Below are positions 38,040 to 50,163 of a DNA stretch of 64,000 bases, piece after piece. The stretch is from Felis catus (lineage: Eukaryota), in contig NC_058368.1 of NCBI RefSeq assembly GCF_018350175.1, positions 91,328,001 through 91,392,000 of the forward strand, written 5' to 3'. The position numbers were made by a program, and so were the translations under genes. The notes under the pieces were generated by a model that saw nothing but the letters and a program-made list of their open reading frames with translations, ran no database searches and was not told the origin of the DNA. How positions within the stretch are numbered: position 1 is the stretch's first letter; every line of letters starts with the position of its first letter.

Positions 38040-38245
38040 TAGTTTGGAGACTTTAGTCATACAAGTTATCTTCCCTAGGTCTCAATTTATCCAACCAGAA
38101 AAATGAGAAAAGTGCTTACTTATCCATAGGAATAAATTACGTGACTTAGTGTAGCAATACTTGTGTAAGTGATTTGCTGATGTAAATGGCTCAAACAGTG
38201 TTTTGCATTAGTTGTAATATGTTTGTAATATGTTTGCAAAGTACC
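38040..38245 (+). mobile_element. MIR fragment
   Basis: CAAGTTATCTTCCCTAGGTCTCAATTTATCCAACCAGAAAAATGAGAA core. Confidence 0.55.
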
Positions 38246-38275
38246 TGGCCCCTCCAATAAAAAATGAGCTTTGGA

Positions 38276-39224
38276 GGGGTGCCTGGGTGGCTCAGTCAGT
38301 TAAGCATCTGACTTTGGCTCAGGTCATGATCTTGTGGTTCATAAGTTCGAGCCCCATGTCAGGCTCTGTGCTGACAGCTCAGAGCCTGGTACCTGCTTCT
38401 TGGATTCTGTGTGTGTGTCTCTCTCTCTGCCCTTCCCCACTCATACTCTGTCTCTCTCGCTTTCTCAAAAATAAATAAAACAAAAACAATTTTTTTAATG
38501 AGCTTTGGAAATGGCAGGGTATGAATATTGTTAAGAGAAAAAAGCTAAAGATAAAATTGGGACTCAAGCATTTCTCTACCTTAGAGTTACCTAAGACAAA
38601 AATGGAAGCCATAGGAAGATCAGAACCAAGAGAGAGGACAGAGCACCAACACCTGTTGGTCAAAGACATAAACCACAAGCATGGGCAGAGTTTAAAGGAT
38701 TAAAAAAAACCATAATGAGATGCCATTCATACCCACTAGTATGGGTTTAAACACTGATAACTGGGGAGCCTGGGTGGGTCAGTCAGTTAAGCATCCAACC
38801 TCAGCTCCAGTCATGATATCACAGTTCATGGGTTCAAACCCTACATCAGGCTCTCTGCTATCTGCACAGAGCCCACTTTGGATCCTCTGTCCCTCTCTCT
38901 CTGCCCCTCCCTGGCTTGTGCTCTCTCAAAAATAAAACATTAAAAAATTTTTAAAAATTGATTACAATACTCTAATATAATACAAAATAATAAAATATAA
39001 AGAAAAATAAATTAACCTGACCTTACCTTTGAAAACATTCGTGGTTAGTGTGAAAAAGACAAGAGAGAGGAAGGTTATTGTGTAGGACAACTTTCACGAT
39101 CAGTAACAAAACCACTGGCTCAATGCAATCTTTTTGTTTTCGAGCAATGTTAACAACCCATCCAACCTATCCTCTGTCCTGTTCTCTCTCTGCCTGAACC
39201 CCTCTCTCTCTGCCCCCTGCTCAT

Positions 39225-39277
<53 letters not shown>

Positions 39278-41160
39278 AATAAACATAGGGGCGCCTGGGT
39301 GGCTCAGTCGGTTGAGCGTCCGACTTCAGCTCAGGTCCTGATCTCGCGATCCGTGAGTTCGAGCCCTGTGTCGGGCTCTGTGCTGACCGCTCAGAGCCTG
39401 GAGCCTGTTTTGGATTCTGTGTCTCCCTCTCTCTCTGACCCTCCCCCATTCATGATCTGTCTCTCTCTGTCTCAATAAATAAACGTTAAACAAATTAAAA
39501 AAAAATAAACATAAAAAAATTAAAAGCTGTGACAGTAAGTGTTGGTGAAGATGTGGAGAAATTGGAACCCTCACACATTTCTGGTAGGACTGTGAAATGG
39601 AACAGCTGCTTTGGTAAACAGTCTGGCAGTTCCTACAAAAAGGGTAAAACCAACAATCAAATATGTGTGTGTGTGAAATAAAAATACACTTAGAAATAAT
39701 ACAGGATTACAAGAAGATATCAATGGAAATAAACATTTAAAAATGATATTGGGGCACCTGGGTGGCTTAGGCAGTTGAGTACCCTACTCTTCATCTCAGC
39801 TCACATCTTGATCTCAGGGTCATGAGTTCAGACCCTGCATTGGATTCCATGCATTAAAAAATAATAAAAATAAATGATACTGAAGAATTTAAATAATTGA
39901 AAAGTTGAATTAATGAATCGTGTCCAAACTAAGAACTCAAGAAAATAAAATAATTCAAAATTAAACAGAAATAAGGAATAATAGAGAAGATAAATAAAGC
40001 CAAAAGTTTGTGTCTTGCTTGATGAAGCGGATCCCCCACCGTTTTTTTTAACAGAAATTATCATAGCAAATAACCAAGTCTCACTTCAAATCTCAAAAGG
40101 AGTTGAAATTTCATCATTTAGTATGATGTTTTAGTAGGATTTTGCAGATACTCCTAGTCAAACTAGACATTTTTTTATATTAAGTTTCTTTCAATTTAAA
40201 TTTTATTACAAAAGTTTTCAAACAGCAAAATAAAAATGTGATGTCCTCCTCATGTCTATATGTCATAATTCACTGGCCTATGACATAGTTTAGCAATTAA
40301 CATTTTGCCACCATTTTATCCACCTATCCCTTATTTTTGCTGGTATATTTTATAGTAAATTTGCTGATATGCCAATTCATCCCCAAGAACTTTAGTAGGA
40401 CCTTTTCTTGTACAAGTGCTGCCCCATACTTTGATTCAGTTCTTCTCCAAGGATCCTTGGTTCTTTTTAGTAGAGAATAATATTTAAAGAACATAATCTA
40501 GGTGCTAGGGGTCCTTGTTTATTGGATTGTCATTGTCTCCATGTCTTTTCAGAGTAGAGAGGTAGGTTGTGTCTTTTTTTTTTTAATCATGAGTTCATAT
40601 TGTGATTTTAAAGTCATTTTTAACATTAAGATTTGATTCACTTTTATAATCAAATGTTTTTCTTAACAAAAAATATTCCTAACACTATCAAAATATTTAC
40701 CTTTAAAGTGTTATAAGGGGTGCCTGGGTGGCTCAGTCAGTTAAGTGTTCAACCTCTGCTCAGGTCATGGTCTCGCCGTTCACGATTTCAAGCCCACTTT
40801 GGTCTCTGTGCTGACGGCTCAGAACCTGGAGCCTGCTTTGGATTCTGTGTTTCCCTCTCTCCTGCTCCTCCCCTGCTCACACTCCATCTCTCTTTCTCCC
40901 ACTCTCACAAAAATGAAAAGCATTATAAAAAGTTTTTAAGGGGCGCCTGGGTGGCGCAGTCGGTTAAGCGTCCGACTTCAGCCAGGTCAGGATCTCGCGG
41001 TCCGGGAGTTCGAGCCCCGCGTCAGGCTCTGGGCTGATGGCTCGGAGCCTGGAGCCTGTTTCCGATTCTGTGTCTCCCTCTCTCTCTGCCCCTCCCCCGT
41101 TCATGCTCTGTCTCTCTCTGTCCCAAAAATAAACGTTGAAAAAAAAATTTAAAAAAAAAG
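38276..41160 (+). mobile_element. Series of CAN-SINEs: 38276-38497, 38763-38958, 39195-39505 (3' half plus a nested full copy), 39751-39875, 40717-41160 (two, the second inserted in the tail of the first)
   Basis: Heads and tails readable; TSDs AATGAGCTTTGGA, AAAAATAAACATA and AAAAGTTTTTAA. Intervening DNA includes old L1 fragments. Confidence 0.88.
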
Positions 41161-41189
41161 TTTTTAAATAAATATTTAAGTATTATAGT

Positions 41190-43912
41190 TGGGTAGGAGC
41201 TTAGGAAGACATCAGAGTAGGAAGACCCTGAGCTCACCCGAACCCTCATTACAACTAGAGGTAATCCATATCTGAGTAAATAAACCAGAGAGCAATCTGA
41301 AGACTGGCAGAACAAACTCCACAACTCAATATGTAGAAATGAAGCTGCATCTGAAAGTTTAGGAGGTTCAGAAAGGTGGAGGGAGGCTGTTCGCAGGAGT
41401 GAGGGAGCTGTGTGCATGGAGAAGGCAGAGAAAGGGCCCTCACAGCAGGGAGCTCACGCAGGGAAAACTAATCCCCATAACATTTGGTTTTGAAAAACAG
41501 GCTGAATTCCATGAGTTGGTATAACCAGTGGGACTTGGAGCCTGGAGATTTAAAAGTCAGCTGACTCCATACTGGTCAAGTGATAGCTGGGTCACTACCC
41601 TTAAAGACTGCAGCCTGTGAGGAGAGGCAACCTCAAAACAGCAGTTCACACGACCAGGGGAAAATAGATCTGTTCACACTGGTTTTGAATGGTGTTGGGG
41701 AACTTACCAGAAAACAAGGGAGCTGGAAGGTGCCATTTTCCTCCCTTGCCCAGGAGCGTAAACACAGAGCCACCTGTGGGAGGCAGGGCACAGACCCTTG
41801 CTACCTAACCTCCTAGCACTATGCCAAGCCCATAAGTTCTCTGGAGGATGCACCCACTCCAAGTCCAGCTGAGGGCTAGCCTCAGCCCTAAGAGCAGCCC
41901 TTTCAAATTTTGTGAAAGTCTTACTCATACCCTGCCCTCTACGAGGTGCACAGCTGCCCCACACCACATCCACCCAATGTGCCATGCTTAGCCATAGCCA
42001 TCCGCTGTGCCCGGCCAGCACCACACACCCTGCCTAGCCACTAGGTGCACAGTCAGTGCTGCATGCTGTGCCTGGCCACTGCACCTCACGTGGCCACACA
42101 CCCCAACCTACTGTTGTGCACTGAGCCCAGCCGACCCCAGCCATCACTATGTTCCACAGCCAACCTTGTTCCCCCAGCTGCCAGGTGTGCAGCCCCCAAC
42201 CCCTGCAACACGTGGGGGATCTAGCATAGGGCTAGTGGCCTAGCACAAATTTTGCTAACACCACCACCCCAGTCCCAACTTTCCCCACAGGCACACCCCT
42301 TCAGAGCTTGCTGGCCTGTATCCCATTAACACCACAGAGAGCAAGGACTGCCCACAACATGCAGAGAGTCAGTGCAGACAACTATACTGAAAGGAAAAGG
42401 GACTCAGACACAACAGCAGGGTGTAAGTAACACATAGGACACTCTCTTGAAGTGCCAAGTTCTGGTGAACAGGGGACCCTGAGCTCTCTAGGACCTCTTC
42501 TTCATAATGTCACTTTTTTTTTTTTGAGAGTGTGAGTGGGGGAGAGGTGGAGAGAGAGGGAGACACAGATTCTGAAGCAGGCTCCAGGTTCTGAACTGTC
42601 AACACAGAGCCTGATGTGGGGCTCGAACTCAAGAACTGTGAAATCATGACCTGAGCTGAAGTCGGATGCTTAACCAACTGAGCCACCAGGCGCCCAATAA
42701 TGTCACTACTTTCAAGAGTAGAAGACATAGCTTACTTTCTTAACACAGAGAAACAGACACAGAGAGGCAGACAAAATGAGAAGACAGGGAAATTTATCAC
42801 AAATGAACAAGATAAGACCATGGCCAGAGATCTAAGTCAAACATATAAGTAACATGCTTAGTAGAGAATTTAAAGCAATGGTGATAAGGATACTCACTGG
42901 ACATAAGAGTGGAAAACATGAGTGAGACCCTTAACAGAGATAAGGAATAGAAGAGATAAAGGGCTCAATAAATGAAATGAAAAACACACTTGATGGAATG
43001 AACAGCAGGCTTGAAGAAGCAGAGTAATTAAATTGTTACTTGCAGGACAGAGTAAAGAAAAGTAATCAAGCTGAACATAAGAGAAAAAAGAATTACAGAA
43101 AATGAGAATAGACTTAGGGAACTCCATGACTCCATCAAATTGTAGTAACATTTGTATTACAGGAGTCCCAGAACAAGAAAAGAAGGCAGAAAATTTTTTA
43201 AAAATAAAAAATTTTAAAAAAAGCTAATCCCTAATCTGGGGAAGGAAACAGATACCCAGATCCAGGAAGCACAAAGAACTGCCACCAAAATCAACAAAAG
43301 CAAGCCAACAGCAAGACATATTATAATTAAATTGGAAAAATATAGTGATGAAGAAAAAATTTTTAAAGCAGGAGGACAAAAGACAGTAACTTATAAGGGA
43401 AAACCTATAATGCTAGCAGGAGATATTTTTCAACAGAAATGTGGCAAGCCAGAAGGGAGTGACATAATATATTCTAAGTGCTGAATGGGACACTTCTGCA
43501 GCCAAGAATGCTCTATCCAGCAAGCCTATTATTCAGAATAGAAGGAGAAATAGAGTGTTCCAGACAACCAAAAGCTGAAGGAGTTCATGACCACTAAACC
43601 AGGCCAGCAAGAAATATTAGAAGAGACTGAGTGGAAAGGAGAGACCAAAAGTGACAGTATAGGAGTATAGAAACACAAAAGTAGTAAAAATGAGTATTTC
43701 TGTAGAAAATCAGTTAAGGAACTCACAAAATAAAAGGATATATAATAACACATACCTAAAATGTGGGGAGGAGAGAAGCAAAGAATGGATTCAATCTTAA
43801 ATGACCAACAACTTAGTATAGACTGCTATATGCAAGAGAGGTTATATACAAACCTAATGGTAAACCTATGTCAAAAACCACTAATATGCAAAGAATAAAG
43901 AAAGAAATTCAA
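41190..43912 (+). mobile_element. Older L1 5'UTR plus decayed ORF1, ending abruptly in the inter-ORF region; SINE at 42513-42694(-)
   Basis: 5' GAAGACATCAGAGTAGGAAGACCCTGAGCTCACC; ORF1 phrases AACATTTGTATTACAGGAGTCCCAGAA, CCAGATCCAGGAAGCACAAAGAAC and GCCAGAAGGGAGTGACATAATATATTC; SINE TSD ATAATGTCACT. Confidence 0.88.
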
Positions 43913-44375
43913 TTAGTATTCCATTGTGTATATAAACCACAATGTCTTTATCCATTCATCAGTTGATGGACATTTAGGCTCTTTCCATAATTTGGCTATT
44001 ATTGAAAGTGCTGCTATAAACATTGGGGTAGGCAATGAGAAAGAATGATATTTGGCCTTTTGTAGCAACATGGATGGAACTGGAGATTGTTATGCTAAGT
44101 GAAATAAGTCATACAGAGAAAGATACCATATGTTTTCACTCTTATGTGGATCCTGAGAAACTTAACAGAAGACTATGGGGGAGGGGAAGAAAAAAAAAAA
44201 GAGGAAGAGAGCCAAACCATAAGAGACTCTTAAAAACTGAGAATAAACTGAGGGTTGACGGGGTGGGAGGGAGGGGAGGGTGGGTGATGGGCATTGAGGA
44301 GGGCACCTGTTGGGATGAGCACTGGGTGTTGTATGTAAACCAATTTGACAATAAATTTCATACTAAAAAAAAAAA
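43913..44375 (+). mobile_element. Young feline-type L1 3' end with 5' inversion (twin-priming structure)
   Basis: 43913-44030 is antisense ORF2 C-terminus; 44031-44375 is the sense continuation (MRKNDIWPFVATWMELE..) through the 3'UTR and polyA. Confidence 0.9.
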
Positions 44376-45636
44376 CCTGTCCAGGAAATATATCCTTTCT
44401 ACTCAATGACTTTTTAAAAGATTTTATTAAGTAATCTCTACACCCAACTTGGGGCTCGAACTTACAACCCTGAGATCAAGAATCTTAGGCTACACCAACT
44501 GAGCCAGCCAGATGCCCCTACCCAATGGTTTTCTTAATGGCATCTGGAAACTTGTCTGCTGCCCCTTGGTTGGCAGAAGTGGCTTCTTCTATTTTCTTGA
44601 CATTTTAAAGCCAAACTTCTAAAATTGTCAAACCATCCTTTGTTGGCATTAAATTCTACAGCTTTATATCCTTTTTACCTTTATATCTTTTTACCTGCTT
44701 TTTGCTTTAAGTTGTCATACAATAACTTTGCCTTTTCTGGGATAATATTAGAATCTATAGGTATGCCTTTCTTGTAGCAATTCTGCACCAACATAAATAC
44801 TGCACCCTCAGTATGAGACAAGAGATATTTTACCAAAAAGTTCAAGGATTTTGTGTTTGCTGGTGCAGCTGCAGTGGTGGCTTCACGAACTTCCTTTTAT
44901 TACAGAGGTCCTCACACTGGATTAACTTACCTTAAAATAGTGGGCAACTGCAGGTGTAAACCTCAATCTGTGGTGCATGTAAGCATTTCACCTTAATCTT
45001 ATAATGTGACTTTTCTCTGCTTCTTCCAGCATCACTAGTAGCACTTGATATGGGTCCCATGGTGTTATTTGAGGTTTATGGTAGTGCACTAAACCCAATG
45101 AAAAATATGCAAGAAACACAAGAGATCACTTTTAAGTGCAATACACAATTTATTGCAGAGTTAAATTGCCGACGTGGATTAGTGTCACATGGCATTTTAA
45201 GCAGATATTCACCACACTTGAGCTCACTGCGATAGCAACAGGAAGTGGCTATAAAATTATTACAGCAGTACAGTATACTAAAGTTAAGTTTATGCAGTTA
45301 CAACTTAATACTGCATCTTTATATTTCTCTCAATTGCAAATGGCACCACATGCTGTCTGGTAGTGTTTGTGTACATAAGTTTTGATAGATTTTTAACTTC
45401 TTAGATTTTATATATTTTACAGTAGTAAGTGATAAAATGGGCTGCCGTCCACAAATATCTTACTCATTTGCGATATACCTAACTTAATTTTTTCAATGCT
45501 TCTTGGCTACATGGTTCATCTGCAAGTTTTTTTAAATTGTAACGAATCTCCAAAAGTTTTCCAATGCATTTGTTGAAACAAGGCTGTGTATCAACGGACC
45601 TTGCAGTTCAAACCTGTGTTGTTCAAGAGTCAATGG
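44372..45636 (-). mobile_element. Tigger2-like (pogo/Tc1-mariner) DNA transposon, 5' part with decayed transposase N-terminus; short SINE at 44411-44518
   Basis: The terminus CCTGTGTTGTTCAAGAGTCAATGG followed by TA resembles the Tigger2 TIR. Minus-strand ATG at 45060 gives MGPISSATSDAG; further on, EFNANKGWFDNF resembles the pogo HTH F.AS.GWF motif. Confidence 0.85.
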
Positions 45637-46195
45637 TACCAGTCTTTAGCCTTATACTTCTGTTGCTCCTATGGCATCCAGTTACAGGATAGGCACCTGA
45701 CAAATTCCTTTCTACAGTGGGCTCACTCATATTCCTGACAAAGAAATCAGCCCGGATGTTGATTATGTGGGTAGCTTACCAAGATGGTATCACCACTCTA
45801 GGTAGGGAATTGGAAGGGTCAAAAACAGTACATTGAGAACAAATGAGCTGGGACTAGTATTCTTAGTTCATCCGATATTACCTATACTGATCCAGAAACT
45901 TGGTCTGTGGTACATACCATCAACAAGACTGGGCATTGGTATCCTTTCTGTCAAACTACACAGGCAGCCCATTATACTGCTGACCATAATGGCCCTATAA
46001 ATATTACCATCAGAGCCACGGTGGCGATGCCAGATTTGGAATGGGTTTCATAGGTTACCTCAGATTACAAATGTCAGATTACAGACATTCGAACACCCAG
46101 GCATCCTTATATTGGGAACAGGACACATTGCTGATCACTCGGCACACTGCACAAGAGAAGTGTGAGATTATAAGAGTTGGTCACAAGTGTTGGAT

Positions 46196-46582
46196 TGTTA
46201 GAGGAGGTCATTGAAATGATTACACCCATGAGCTAGACCTGGAAATTGGAGGCTCCTCACAGCACCGCGTGTCCTTGGAATGTGCAGCCCACTTACCTTC
46301 CCTGCTCCCAGAATCCACCCCAAGGACATAGCCTTGAGATGGTCTCAGTGACTGAACTCAGTGAAGACTTATATATAAACTATTAAGATTTAATGGGCAG
46401 ATGTGGAAATCTACTCATCTTCTGGTCACCCAAGACAAGCTTCATATGCAAGTCCCCTTGCTTATGAAACCTGCCACCTGTCAAGCTGGAGTTTCCTGCC
46501 TTTCTTCAGTCTCTCCCTACCCTCTGCACATAGGGCCCCATTTCAGATTTCACCCAGGAAGCTCCCATGGAGAGTATGAACA
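46196..46582 (+). mobile_element. Solo LTR (carnivore ERV-type), family unassigned
   Basis: TGTT...AACA termini, TATATAAA-like box; colinear similarity to 58080-58502. Confidence 0.7.
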
Positions 46583-46586
46583 ATGA

Positions 46587-47460
46587 TTTGCAAACATTTT
46601 CTTCTATTCCATAAATTGTGTTTTCATTTTGCTGATGGTTTCCTTTGCTATGCAGAAGCTTTTTAGTTTTATGTAGCTCCACTTGTGTTTGCTTTTATTG
46701 CCTTTGCTTTTGGTGTCAGATCCAAAGGGGAAAAAAAGTCACCACTAAGACCAATGTTAAGGAATTTACTGCCTGTTTTCTTCTAGTTTTATGGTTTCAG
46801 GTATTACATTCCACATTTTTTTTCATTTCCTCATTTGGAGAGAGAGGGGGTGGGGGAAGAGAATCTCAAGCAGGCTCTACGCTGTGAGCGCAGAGTCCGA
46901 TGTGGGGCTCAATCTGATAAACTCTGAGATCATGACCTGACCTGAAATTAAGAGTTGGATGCTCAACCAATTGAGCCACCTAGGCCCCCCTCCAAGTCTT
47001 TAATACATTAACTTTTGTGTATGGTGTAAGAGGGTGGTCCAGTTTTATTCTTTTGTATGTGGATGTCCAAAATGATAAATACTGTATGATCTCACTTATA
47101 TATGAAATCTTAAAAGAAAAAAACAATTCTAATAGTGATTGCCAATCTGTTCAAAGGCAAGGATTTTGGGGTGGGTGAAATGAAGGGGGTTAAAACATAC
47201 AAGCTTCTAGTTATAAAATAAGTCCTGAGGGACGTAATATTCAGTATAGTGACTATACATATTGCATCATGTTACTCCATTGTATTACTGCATTGTATCA
47301 TACTGCTAAGAAGGTAGACTTTAAAGTTATCATCACAAGGAAAATACATTTGTAACTATGTATGGTGATGAATATTAACCAGAATTGTGATTTCATGAGA
47401 TACACAAATATCAAATCATGTTTCACACCTGAAATATATGGCAATATATCAAAAACTTTT
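46587..47460. mobile_element. L1 with antisense ORF2 piece (46587-47070) joined to a sense 3' end (47071-47460); SINE at ~46815-46990(-)
   Basis: TTTGCTATGCAGAAGCTTTTTAGTTT (antisense), then ATAAATACTGTATGATCTCACTTATAT...GCTAAGAAGGTAGACTTTAAAG (sense 3'UTR). Confidence 0.7.
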
Positions 47461-47770
47461 TAAATGAATAAATCCTTATTCATACATGATAAGTATATCC
47501 TTTTAATACAGGTGAAAGAATATTTTGTTTAAGAATACATTCATATACTTTAAAACCACAAATGGCAGGAAAAAAATCAATGCAAAACTGATAATGGTTA
47601 CTTTTACAGGGAGTGAGGGTGGGAGCAGAGGTACAGGTAATGGGAAGAGTATATGTGTGGATGTAACTTATTAATAAAACCCAGATTGAAGGATTGCATA
47701 GTAGGGCCATTTAAAAAAAATTATCTAAAGGTTATAGAAGATGATAGTATATCACAGAATAAAGGTTACA

Positions 47771-48490
47771 ATGCCTACCACAGAATAAAGTGATAGTGGG
47801 ACCTTGGATAGCTCCCTAAGGTGGCTTGCTGGAGGGCATCCAGCTGCCCCAGTTACAGCTGCCAAAGGCAAGCCAAATCAGCTGTCATGGGAGGGAACCC
47901 ATTGCTCTTATCTGGCCAGATAGGGGTACAACCCATGAACTAAAGAAAATTGAAAGAAATCCATGAACTAAATAGACAATCTTTATTCATGGATAGGAAG
48001 ACTCCATAGTGTCAAGAATTCTTCCCAACTTGATCTACAGATTCAGTACAATATGTTGGTAGTAGGGAAGGCTATGCATGCATGAGGGCATATGAGAACT
48101 CTATACCTTCCACTCAATTTTGCTGTAAACCTAAAATTTCTCAAAAAAAAAAAATCCTAAAACAAACCAAGGCAACAGTACCATGAAATCCCAGAGTGGA
48201 TTGATGGATGACTCCCTCCTTTCCCGGCAGGTGGCTTTACAAACAGTCCCCACAGGGCTCTGATTCTAGAATTTGCTGTCGAAGACATCATTAGAGGCCA
48301 TGATATTTTGCCCAACATTTGAGATTCCTTGTCTACCATGCCTACCACAGGCATAGTGGGACCTTGGAGAACTCCCTAAGGTGGCTTCCTGGAGGAGATC
48401 CAACTGTCCCCAGTTACAGCTGCTCAAGGCAGGCCAAGTCATCAGCTGTCATGGGAGGGAACCCATTGCCCTTATCTGGCCAGATGAGGG
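47771..48490 (+). repeat. ~155-bp dispersed direct duplication (47771-47926 and 48338-48490)
   Basis: Both copies read ATGCCTACCACAG..ATAGTGGGACCTTGGA..CTCCCTAAGGTGGCTT..TCAGCTGTCATGGGAGGGAACCCATTGC.CTTATCTGGCCAGAT. Confidence 0.9.
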
Positions 48491-49474
48491 CACTACTTAA
48501 GCTCTACAACTTCCGACAAGTGACAGCTGTTCAGAGCCTCCAGCACGGGTAAGAAATAAGTTGAGTTGATACATTCTCCATTCAATGGCACAGTTAAGAC
48601 ATGACCATAATTACAGGTCTCTGTCTTTGGTGAGGAGTTTGGAGAAGGTTAAAGGTACAAGTAAAAATACAAGGAAGAAACCAACATACACTATGCCAAC
48701 CTGGCCTATTTTCACAAGAACTTAGCAAATGCTACTAACATCAGAACATTCTGTCAGTAGTTCAGTTCCATAAAGAATCTTAAAAGAGTCTTTAAGTTCT
48801 GTCAAAATGAACTTCATGTTTGGTATACATTATAAAATATGCATGTGACTTTTCATACACACACACACACCCTTCACATCTTCCTTCATTTTCTGTTTCT
48901 CCATACCCTTCCAATCATACCCATGAATGTTCATGGTGTTGTTATAAGCAACAGGAGCAGCAGCATCTTGTTATCACAAGAATCAAGGGGACCACACCAA
49001 TGGCCCCAGAGGTCTGCTGTGGAGCAACAAGAGGCGAACAGCCAGGAAGAGGAGGAGACAGGGCCCCTCCAGGCTGCATTTCAGGGGATCTGCTCCAGCA
49101 GGGACTCCACTGCAGGTGGTGGCCTCCTTTCCTGGGTGCTGGGCCTTGGCTGCTGCATAAGTAGGGGAAAGTTTCTGCCGCTGAGGTATTGGGCTCCCTC
49201 TAGCACAAGGATATCTACTTCCTATGGGAAGAAATACTTAAGAACAAGATCTCTTGCCACACCAATCTATCCACCAAAGGTGGGAGAAAACCTGAAATTA
49301 TTAAATACATTTAAACCAATCATCACAGACAATCCACTAATAAGATGGCAAAGACAGAAGGAATCCCACCCTTTTATTCAGCCAGAGAATGACAACCCAG
49401 TGCATCACATTTTCTCAAGATAAAGCACAGCTGGTTCTCAAGCAAGAAGACTTGACAGCACCATTTGTCACAGG

Positions 49475-49602
49475 TTTTTTTAATTTCTTAATGGCTATTA
49501 TTTTGAGACAGTGCGAGCAGGGGAGTGTTGGGGAGGGTTAGGGAGGGCAAGAGAGAGAGACAGAGAAAGAGAATCTCAACCAATTGGGCCACCCAGGTGC
49601 CC
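49475..49602 (-). mobile_element. Internally deleted CAN-SINE
   Basis: Tail and GA tract joined directly to the head (CTCAACCAATTGGGCCACCCAGGTGCCC). Confidence 0.75.
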
Positions 49603-49744
49603 TATACATAGTTCACCTTAAATTCACCTGGTGACTTGCGTTACCACTTATGTTTAATTACCTTTACCGAAGGGGAAATAATTTTTTTTATAAATAAAAT
49701 ATTGAAAGTAATGGCCAGTTTTTTTTAAATTGGCAATTCTTTAC

Positions 49745-50163
49745 ATTGCAAAAAACAATGAGAAATGGAAAACAATACAACAGATACCACAGAAATACAT
49801 AGTATAATACTGTTTATAGTAATCTGTTATCACACCAAGATAACTTCAGAAAAAAGCAGATAATTCCTTAAAAATGCACAAGTGACCAAGGTTGAATCAT
49901 GAATCTTGAATCCAAAAAATAGGAAATCATCTTACATCAGTAGCAAGAATGAAAGTTGAATTAGGAATCAAACATCTCCCAGGACAAAAAAATCTAAAAC
50001 TACATAGTTTCATTGAATTCCACCTAACATCAAAAAACAAAAAAATTAATGACAATATTTATCAAAATCTTACAAATTTGGAATAGAGGAAACATTCATA
50101 ATCATTCTATGAGGCCAGTATTAACGCTGATACCAAAGCAGAATAAAAACAATAACAAAGAAG
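49745..50163 (+). mobile_element. Old L1 ORF2 fragment
   Basis: ACAACAGATACCACAGAAATACA...CATTCTATGAGGCCAGTATTAACGCTGATACCAAAG. Confidence 0.8.

Noticed and set aside
40025..40050. GC-rich stretch followed by a T run, resembling an intrinsic terminator
   Set aside because: The stem is weak, the context is eukaryotic, and it sits among decayed L1 fragments.
46059..46146. Ly6/uPAR (PATE-like) domain suggested by ECL*SDICN
   Set aside because: It lacks the CC pair, has an in-frame stop, and has no matching upstream cysteine-pattern exon.
48839..49423. Longest ORF (194 aa) as a stand-alone protein-coding gene
   Set aside because: It starts in a (CA)n/low-complexity tract and has no recognisable domain; kept only as a weak exon candidate.
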